Assembly: GCF_009914755.1 (NCBI RefSeq) | Contig: NC_060925.1 | Length of the DNA stretch: 64,000 bases | Source: the human T2T-CHM13v2.0 reference genome, Homo sapiens | Reading direction: 5' to 3' (one strand) | Shown: positions 54,101 through 64,000 of the stretch, one piece after another | How positions within the stretch are numbered: the first letter of the stretch is position 1 | Layout: each line of letters begins with the position of its first letter | Translations under genes and position numbers: made by a program | The notes under the pieces: model-generated | Told to the model about the DNA's origin: nothing | Database searches by the model: none | What the model saw: only the letters and a program-made list of their open reading frames with translations

Positions 54101-57100
54101 TAGAATGGAATGGAATAGAATGGAATGGAAACAACTCGAGTGGAAAGGAATGGAATGGAAAGGAATGGAATGGAAAGGAAAAGAATGGAATGCAATGGAA
54201 TGCAATGGTATGGAATGGAATACAATGGAATTCAATGTAATGGAAACAAACCGAGTGGAATGTAATGGAATGGAAAGGACTGGACTGTAATTGAATGGAT
54301 TGGAATCAACACGATTCCAATGCAATGGAATGGAATGGAATGGAATGGAATGGAATCAACCCGAGTGGAATGGAATGGAATGGAATGGAATGGAATGGAA
54401 TGGAATGGAATAGAATGGAATGGAATCAACTCGAGTGGAAAGGAATGGAATGGAAAGGAATGGAATGGAAAGGAAAGGCATGGAATGCAATGGAATGCAA
54501 TAGTATGTAATGGAGTCAACCCGAGTGGAATGGAATGGAATGGAATGGAATGAAAATGAATGGAATGCAATGCAATGGAATGGAAGGGAATGGAATAAAC
54601 ACCAGTGGAAGGGAATGCAATGGAATGGAACGGACTGGAATAATCACCAGGGGAATGGAACGGAATGGAATGGAATGGAACGGAATGGAATGGAATGGAC
54701 TAGAATGGAATGGAATGGAATGAAATCAACCCGATTAGAATGGAATAGAATGCAATGGAATGAAATGGAATCAACTGGATAGGAATGAAATGGAATGGAA
54801 TGGAATGGAATGGAATGGAATCAACCCGAGTGGAATGGAATGGAATGGAATGGAATGGAATGGAATGGAATGGACTAGAATGGAATGGAATGGAATGAAA
54901 TCAACCCGATTAGAATGGAATAGAATGCAATGGAATGAAATGGAATCAACTGGAAAGGTATGAAATGGAATGGAATGGAATGGAATGGAATCAACCCGAG
55001 TGGAATGGAATGGAATGGAATGGAATGGAATGGAATGGAATAGAATGGAATGGAAACAACTCGAGTGGAAAAGAATGGAATGGAAAGGAATGGAATGGAA
55101 AGAAAGGAATGGAATGCAATGGAATGCAATGGTATTTAAGGGAATGCAATGTAATTCAATTTATGGAAACAATCCGAGTGGAATGTAATAGAATGGAAAG
55201 GACTGGACTGTAATTGAATGGATTGGAATCAACCCGATTCCAAGGCAATGGAATGGAATGGAATGGAATGGAATGGAATGGAAAGGAATGGAATCAACCA
55301 GAGTGGAATGGAATGGAATGGAATGGATTGGAATGGAATGGAATGGTATGGAATGGAATAGAATGGAATGGAATCAACTCGAGTGGAAAGGAATGGAATG
55401 GAAAGTAATGGAATGGAAAGGAAAGGCATGGAATGCAATGGAATGCACCGGTATGTAATGGAGTCAACCCGAGTGGAATGGAATGGAATGGAATGAAAAT
55501 GAATGGAATGCAATGCAATGGAATGGAGGGGAATGGAATCAACACCAGTGGAAGGGAATGCATTGGAATGGAGCGGACTGGAATAAGCACCAGTGGAATG
55601 GAATGGATTGGAATGCAATGGAATGGAATGGAATGGACTAGAATGGAATGGAATGGAATGAAATGAACCCGATTTGAATGGAATAGAATGCAATGGAATG
55701 AAATGGAATCAACTGGAAAGGAATGAAATAGAATGGAATGGAATGGAATGGAATCAACCCGAGTGGAATAGAATGGAATGGAATGGAATGGAATGGAATG
55801 GAATGGAATGGAATGGAATGGAATAGATTGGAATATAATCAACTCGTGTGGAAAGAAATGGAATGTAAAGGAATGGAAAGGAAAGGAAAGGAATGGAATG
55901 CAATGGAATGCAATGGTATGTAATGGAATCAACACGAGTGGAATGGAATGGAATGAAAATGAATGGAATGTAATGCAATGGAATGGAGTGGAATGGAATA
56001 AACACCAGTGGAAGGGAATGCAATGGAATGGAGTGGACTGGAATAAACACCAGTGTAATGGAATGGAATGGAATGGAATGGAATGGACTAGAATGGAATG
56101 GAATGCAATGAAATCAACCCGATTAGAATGGAATAGAATGCAATGGAATGAAATGGAATCAACTGGAAAGGAATGAAATGGAATGGAATGGAATGGAATG
56201 GAATGGAATCAACCCGAGTGGAATGGAATGGAATGGAATGGAATGGAATGGAATGGAATGGAATGGGATAGAATGGAATGGAAACAACTCGAGTGGAAAA
56301 GAATGGAATGGAAAGGAATGGAATGGAAAGAAAGGAATGGAATGCAATGGAATGCAATGGTATTTAATGGAATGCAATGTAATTCAATGTAATGGAAACA
56401 AACGGAGTGGAATGTAATGGAATGGAAAGGACTGGACTGTAATTGAATGGATTGGAATCAACCCGATTCCAAGGCAATGGAATGGAATGGAATGGAATGG
56501 AATGGAATGGAATCAACTCGAGTGGAAAGGAATGGAATGGAAAGTAATGGAACGGAAAGGAAAGGCATGGAATGCAAAGGAATGCAATGGTATGTAATGG
56601 AGTCAACCCGATTGGAATGGAATGGAATGGAATGGAATGAAAATGAATGGAATGCAATTCAATGGAATGGAAGGGAATGGAATAAACACCAGTGGAAGGG
56701 AATGAAATGGAATGGAACGGACTGGAAAATCACCAGTGGAATGGAATGGAATGGAACGGAATGGAATGGAATGGACTAGAATGGAATGGAATGGAATGAA
56801 ATCAACCCGATTAGAATGGAATAGAATGCAATGGAATGAAATGGAATTAACTGGATAGGAATGAAATGGAATGGAATGGAATGGAATGGAATCAACCCGA
56901 GTGGAATGGAATGGAATGGAATGGAATGCAATGGAGTGGAATGGAATAAACACCAGTGGAATGGAATGGAATGGAATGGAATGGAATGGAATGGAATGGA
57001 ATGGAATCAACCCGACTGGAATGCAAAGGAATGGAATGGAAAGGCATGGAATCAACCCGAGTGGAATGGATTGGAATAGAGTGGAATGGAATGGAACGGC

Positions 57101-59405
57101 ATAGAATGCAATGGAATCAACTAGAATGGAATGGAATGGAATGGATTGGAATGGAATCGAACGGAATCAACCTGAGCGGAATGGAATGGAATGGAATGAA
57201 TGGAATGGAATGGAATGGAAACTAATGGAATGGATTGGAAAGGAAACAACCCGAGTGGAATGGAATGCAATGGAATGCAATGGAATGCAATGGAATGGAA
57301 TGGAATGGAATGGAATTCTATGTAATGGAAACAAACCGAGTGGAATGTAATGGAATGTAAAGGACTGAAATGTAATGGAATGTATAGGAATCAACCCGAC
57401 TCCAATGCAACGGAATGGAATGGAATGGAATGGAATGGAATGGAATGGAATTTAATGGAATGGAATGGAATGGAATGGAATGGAGTGGAATGGAATTTAA
57501 TGGAATGGAAAGGAATGGAATGAACTGGAATGGAATGGAATGGAATGGAATTTAATGGAATGGAATGTCATCAACACGAGTGGTGTGGAATGGAATGGAA
57601 TGGAAATGAATTTAATGGAATGGAATGGAATGGAACGGAACGGAATGGAAGAACGCGAATGTAATGGAATGGAATAGAACGGAATAAACACGAGAGGAAT
57701 GGAATGGAATGTAATGGAATGGAATAGAATGGAATGGAAGCAACTCGAGTGGAAAGGAATGAAATGGAAAGGAATGGAATGGAAAGGAAAGGAATGGAAT
57801 ACAATGGAATGCAACGGTGTGGAATGGAGTCAACACGAGTGGAATGTTACGGAATGGAATGGAATGAAATGGAATGGAATGGAATGCAATGGAATGGAGT
57901 GGAATGGAATAAACACCAGTGGAAAGGAATGGAGTGGAATGGAATGGAATGGAATTTAATGGAATGGACAGGAATGCAATGGAATGGAATGGAATGCAAT
58001 GGAATGAAATGAACCCGAATGGAATGGAATGGAATGCAATATAAAGGAATGGAATCAACTGTAAAAGAATGAAATGGAATGGAATGGAATGGAATGGAAT
58101 GGAATGGAATGGAATCAACCCGAGTGGAATGCAATGGAATGGAATGGAATGAAATCAACCCAAGTGGAATGGATAGGAATAGAGTGGAACGGAATGGAAC
58201 AGCATGGAATGGAATGGTATGGATTGCAATGGAATCAACTAGAATGGAATGGAATAGAATGGAATGGAATGGAATGGAATGGAAAGGAATGGAATGGAAT
58301 GGACAGGAAAGGAATGGAATGGTATGAAATCATCCCGATTGGAATGGAGTGGAATGCAATGGAATGGAATAGAACCAACTGGAAAGGAATGAAATGGAAT
58401 GGAATGGAATGGAATGGAATGGAATGGAATGGAACGGAATGGAATGGAATCAACCCGAGTGCAATGGATTGGAATGGAGTGGAATGGAATGGAACGCCAT
58501 GGAATGCAACGGAATCAACTAGAATGGAATGGAATGGAATGGAATAAACAAGAGTGAAATGGAATGGAATGGAATGGAATAAAATGGAATGGAATCAACT
58601 CGAGTGGAGAGGAATGGAATGGAAAGGAATGGAATGGAAAGGAATAGAATGGAATGCAAAGGAATGCAATGGAATGCAATGGTATGGAATGGAGTAAACA
58701 CGAGAGGAATGGAATGGAATGGAATGGAATGAAATGGAATGGAATGCAATGGAATGGAATGGAATGGAATCAACTGGAAAGGAATGAAAAGGAATGGAAT
58801 GGAATGGAATGGAATGGAATGGAATGGAAACAACCCGAGTGGAATGGAATGGAATGGAATGAAATGGAATGGAATGGAATGGAATGGAATGGAATGGAAT
58901 GGAACGGAATCAACCCGACTGGAATGGAATGGAATGGAATGGAATGGAATGGAATGGAATGGAATGAAATCAACCCGAGTTGAATGGAATGGAATGGAAT
59001 GGAATCGAATGGAATGGAGTGGAATGGAATGGAACGGAATGGAATCAACGCGAGTGGAATGCAATGGAATGGAATGGAATGCAATGGAATGGAATGGAAT
59101 GGAATGGAATGGAATGGAATGGAATAAACACGAGTGGAATGGATTGGAATGGAGTGGAATGGAATGGAACGGCATGGAGTGCAACGGAATCAACTAGAAT
59201 GGAATGGAATGGAATGGAATAAACACGAGTGGAATGCAATGGAATGGAATGGAATGGAATGGAATAAACCCGAGTAGAATGGAATGGAATGGAATGGAAT
59301 GAAATGGAATGGAATGCAATGCAATGGAATGTAGAGGAATGAAATAAACACCAGTGGAATAGAATGGAATGTAATGGAATGGAATGGAATGGAATGGAAT
59401 GGAAT
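48126..59405 (+). repeat. HSat3 higher-order repeat, copy 4 (11280 bp; ~270-bp deletion)
   Basis: Landmarks TTAATTAA 50590 and CAGCTGCAG 50895. The CAACAAGATTGG/CCACCCATGTGG segment is missing. Confidence 0.93.
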
Positions 59406-62400
59406 GGACAGGAATGGAACGGAAAGGAATGGAATGGAATGGAATGGACTAGAGTGGAATGGAATTAAATGAAATCAACCCGATTGGAATGGAATGGAAT
59501 GGAATCAACTGGAAAGGAATCAAATGGAATGGAATGGAATGGAATGGAATGGAATGGAATGGAACGGAAACAACCCGACTGGAATGCAATGGAATGGAAT
59601 GGAATGGAATGGAATGGAATGGAATGGAATGGAATAGAATGGAATGGAATGGAATCAACCTGAGTGGAATGGATTGGAATGGAGTGGAATGGAATGGAAC
59701 GGCATGGAATGCAATGGAATCAACTAGAATGGAATGGAATTGAATGGATTGGAATGGAATCGAAAGGAATCAACCTGAGTGGAATGGAATGGAATGGAAT
59801 GGAATGAATGGAATGGAGTGGAATGGATACAAATGGAATGGAATGGAAAGGAAAGAACCCGAGAGGAATAGAATGCAATGGAATGCAATGGAATGGAATG
59901 GAATGCAATGGAATTCAATGTAATGGAAACACACCGAGTGGAATGTAATGGAATGGAAAGGACTGGACTGTAATGGAATGGATTGGAATCAACCCGATTC
60001 CAATGGAATGGAATGGAATGGAATGGAATGGATTATAATGGATTGGAATGCAATCAATCCGGGTTGAATGGAATGGAATGGAATGGAAGGGAATGGAATG
60101 CAACGGAAAGGAATGGAATGAACTGGAATGGAATGCAATAGAATGGAATTTAATGGAATGGAATGGAATGGAATGGAATTTAATGGAATGGAATGGAATG
60201 GAATCAACGCGAGTGGAGTCGAATGGAATTGAAAGAAAATTAATAGAATGGAATGGAATGGAATGGAATGGAATGCAATGGAATGGAATGCAATGGAATG
60301 CAATGGCATGGAATAGAATGAACCCGAGTGGAATGGAATGGAATGGAAAGGCACGGAATGGAATGGAATGGAATGGAATGCAATGGAATCAACCTGAGTG
60401 GAATGGAATGCAATGGAATCAACCCGAGTGGAATTGAATGGAGTGGAATGCAATGGAATGGAATGGAGTGGAAGGCATTAGAATCAACTGCAATGGAATG
60501 GAATGGAATGGAATGGAATGGAATGGAATGGAATGGAATGGAATGGCACGGAATGGAATCAACCCCAGTGGAATGGAATGCATTACAATGGAATGGAAAG
60601 GAATCAATCCGGGTGGAATGGAATGGAATGGAATGGATTATAATGGAATGGAATGGAATCAATCCGGGTGGAATGGAATGGAATGGAATGGAATGGAATG
60701 GAAGTGAATGGAACGGAATGGAATGGAATGGAATGGAATGGAATTGAATGGAACGGAATGGAATGGAATCAACTCGAATGGAACGGAAGGGAATGGAGTG
60801 GAAAGGAATTGAAAGGAACGGAATGCAAAGGCATCAACCCTAATGGACAGGAATGTAATGGAATGGAATCGAATGCAATGGAATGGAATGGAATGGAATG
60901 GAATGGAATGGAATATAATGGAATGGAATGGAATGGAGTGTAATGGAATGGAATGCTACGGAATCAACCTGAGTGGAATGGAATTGAATGGAATGGAAGG
61001 CAATGGAATGGAATTTCATGGAATCAAACCTAGTGGAAAGGAATGGAATGGAATGGAACGGAATGGAATGCAAGGAATCAACTGGAATACTATGGAATGA
61101 AATCAACCCGAGTGGAAAGGAATGGAATGGAATGGAATGGAATGGAATGGAATGGAATGGAATGGAATGGAATGCAATGGAATGGAACCACCTGGAATGG
61201 AATGAAATGGAATGGAATGGAGTGGAATGGAATGGAATGGAATGGAATGGAATCAACCCGAGTGGAATGGAATGGAATGGAATGGAATGGAATGGAATGG
61301 AATGGAATCAACCTGAGTGTAGTGGAATAAAATGGAATGGAATGGAATGGACTCAACCCGAGTGGAACGGAATTGAGTGGGATGGAATGGAATGGAATGG
61401 AATGGAATGGAATTAACCCGAGTGGAATGAATGGAAAGGAATGGAATGGAATGGAATGGAATGGAGCGGAATGGAATAGAATGGAATCAACAAGATTGGA
61501 ATGGATTGAATGCAATGGAATGGAATAGAATGTAATGGAACGAAATGGAATGGAATCAACCCGAGTGGAAGGGAATGGAATTGAATGGAAAGGAATGGAT
61601 TGGAATCCACCCATGTGGAATGGAATGAAATGGAATGGAATGGAATGGAATGGAGTAGAATGGAAAGGAATGGAATGGAATGGAATGGAATGGAATGGAA
61701 TGGAATGGAATGGAATGGAATGGAATGCAATTTAATTAAATGGAATGGAATCAACCAGAGTGGAATGGACTGGAATGGATTGGAATGGAAAGGAATTGAG
61801 TGGAATCAACCCGAGTGAAATGGAATGGAATGGGATGGAATGGAATGGAATGGTAAGGACTGGAATCAACCCGAGTGGAATGGAATGGAATGGAATGGAT
61901 TCAACACGAGTGGAATGGAATGGAATGGAATGGAATGGAATGGAATGGAATGGAATCAACCCAAGTGGAATGGACTGGAACGGAATGGAATACAATGGAA
62001 TGGAATGGAATGGAATGGAATCAGCTGCAGTGGAATGGAATGGAATAGGATGGAATGGAATGGACAGGAATAGAATGGAATGGAATATAATGGAGTGGAA
62101 TCAACACGAGTGGAAATGAATGGAATCAAATTGAATGGAATGGAAGGAAAGGAATGCAATGGAATGGAATCAACCTCAGTGGAATAGAAAGGAATGGAAT
62201 GTAATGGAATGGAATGGAATGGAGTGGAATGGAATGGAGTGGAATGGAATGGAATGGAATGGAATGGAGTGGAATGGAATGTGTTGGAATGGGATGGAAT
62301 CAACCCGATTGGAACGGATTGGAATGGAGTGGAATGGAATGGAACGGCATGGAATGCAATGGAATCAACTAGAATGGAATGGAATGGGATGGATTGGAAT

Positions 62401-64000
62401 GGAATCAAACGGAATCAACCTGAGTGGAATGCAATGGAATGGAATGGAATGAATGGAAAGGAATGGAATGGAAACTAATGGAATGGAATGGAAAGGAAAC
62501 AACCCGAGTGGAACGGAATGCAATGGAATGCAATGGAATGGAATTGAATTCAATGTAATGGAAACAAACCGAGTGGAATGTAATGTAATGGAAAGGACTG
62601 GAATGTAATGGAATGGATTGGAATCAACCCGATTCCAATTCAATGGAATGGAATGTAATGGAATGGAATGGAATGGAAAGGAATGGAATGGAATGGAAGG
62701 GATTGGAATGGAATGGAAAGGAATGGAATGAACTGGAATGGAATGGAATGGAATATAATGGAATGGAATGCAATGGAATCAACCCGAGTGGAGTGGAATG
62801 GAATGGAATGGAAATGAATGGAATGGAATGTAATGGAATGGAAACTAATGGAATGGAATGGAAACAACCCGAGTAGAATGGAATGCAATGGAATGGTATG
62901 GAATGGAATGGAATTGAACGGAATGGAATGGAATGGAATGGAATGGAATAGAATTCAACGGAATGGAAACACCCCGAGTGAAATGGCATGGAATGGAAAG
63001 GACTTGAATGTAATGGAATGGATTGGAATGGCATGGAATTTAACGGAATGGAATGGAATGGAATAGAATGGAATGGAAAGGAATGGAATAGAATGGAATG
63101 GAATCAACTCGAGTGGAAAGGAATGGATTGGAATGGAATGGAATGGAAAGGAAAGGAATGGAATGCAATGGAAGGCAATGATATGGAATGGAGTCACCCC
63201 GAGTGGAATGGAATGGAAAGGAATGGAATTAAATGGAATGGAATGGAATGGAATGGAATGGAATGGAATGGAGTGGAATGTAATAAACACCAGTGGAATT
63301 TAATGTAATGGACAGGAATGGAATGCAATGGACAGGAATGGAATGGAATGGAATGGAATGCAATGGAGTGCAATGAAATCAACCCGATTGGAATGGAATG
63401 GAATACAATGGAATGGAATGGAATGGAATTAACCCGAGTGGAATGTAACGTGATGGAATGGAAAGGAATGGAATGAAATCAACCGGAATGGAATGGATTG
63501 GAATCGAGTGGAATGGAATGGAATGGCATGGAATGCAATGGAATCAACTAGAATGGAATGGAATGGAATGGAATGGACAGAAATGGAATGGAATGGAATG
63601 GAATGGAATGGAATGGAATGTATTGGAATGGACTAGGATGGAATGGAATGGAATGAAATCAACCCGATTGGAATGGAATGGAATGCAATGGAATGGAATG
63701 GAATCAACTGGAAAGGAATCAATTGGAATGGAATGGAATGGAATGGAAAGGAATCAACCCCAGTGGAATGGAATGGAATGGAAACGATTATAATTGAATG
63801 GAATGGAAGCAATCCGTGTGGAATGGAATGGAATTGAATGGAGTATAATGGAATGGAATGGGATGGAATGGAATTCAATGTAATGGAAACAAACCGAGTG
63901 GAATGTAATGGAATGGAAAGGACTGGACTGTAATGGAATGGATTGGAATCAACCCGATTCCAATGCAATGGAATGGAATGGAATGGAATGGAATAGAATA
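59406..64000 (+). repeat. HSat3 higher-order repeat, copy 5 (partial, runs off the window; ~506-bp deletion)
   Basis: Landmarks TTAATTAA 61732 and CAGCTGCAG 62022. The CAACAAGAAGT segment is missing. Confidence 0.92.

Larger units (their letters stand above)
1..64000 (+). repeat. Satellite III / HSat3 pericentromeric satellite array, (GGAAT)n with CAACCCGAGT-family spacers
   Basis: GGAAT and single-substitution variants (GCAAT, GTAAT, GAAAT, AGAAT, GGAAA, GGAGT, GGATT) run through the entire window. They are interrupted every few tens to ~200 bp by 10-mers such as CAACCCGAGT (reverse complement ACTCGGGTTG), the classical Satellite 3 spacer. The CATTCGATTC-rich pattern of HSat2 is absent. Orientation is constant. 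Chromosome and species cannot be assigned from the sequence alone. Confidence 0.98.

Noticed and set aside
52-63968. Hundreds of ORFs up to 372 aa (MEWNG... on +, FHSIP... on -), such as 52332-53450 and 49852-50676
   Set aside because: (GGAAT)n and (ATTCC)n contain no stop codon in any frame, so long ORFs are expected. They overlap in all six frames, are pure 5-residue repeats, and frameshift between HOR copies.
1-64000. Repeat-spacer appearance resembling a CRISPR array
   Set aside because: The 'spacers' are 10-mer variants of one motif, the repeats are variable-length pentamer runs, and there are no cas genes or leader. This is standard Satellite III structure.
1-64000. Assignment to a specific chromosome, subfamily (e.g. 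9q12, acrocentric short arm, DYZ1) or species
   Set aside because: CAACCCGAGT-rich composition suggests an HSat3B-like group and the ~3.6-kb DYZ1 period is not seen, but assignment needs subfamily k-mer comparison or mapping, which I cannot run.
1-64000. Telomeric repeats, alpha satellite/CENP-B boxes, Alu/L1 insertions, strand inversions
   Set aside because: None seen on reading the window. The sequence never departs from the pentamer or spacer pattern for more than ~20 bp.

Overview
The whole 64 kb is primate (human-type) Satellite III (HSat3). It consists of tandem GGAAT pentamers on the + strand, punctuated by 10-mer spacers of the CAACCCGAGT family (CAACTCGAGT, CAACCAGAGT, CAACCTGAGT, AAACACCAGT, CAACCCGATT and others). 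I saw no inversion, no transposon or unique-sequence insertion, and no credible gene. All listed ORFs are MEWNG/FHSIP translations of the pentamer. The window has two domains. Positions 1 to ~10532 are a diverged, loosely modular HSat3 domain. Positions ~10533 to 64000 are a homogeneous array with a very long higher-order repeat (HOR) of ~11.5 kb, present as 4 complete copies and 1 partial copy (11567, 14902, 11124 and 11280 bp, then partial). Each HOR copy carries its own duplication or deletion with a readable breakpoint, and shared variants show the copies are recombinant mosaics. A length-conserved ~90-bp cassette recurs in both domains and ends in a perfect inverted repeat (ATTGGAATC-AACCC-GATTCCAAT), which is unusual in so strand-asymmetric a satellite. 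I find no gene-encoded novel system; the candidates for novelty are structural. All coordinates and comparisons were read by eye, not aligned computationally.
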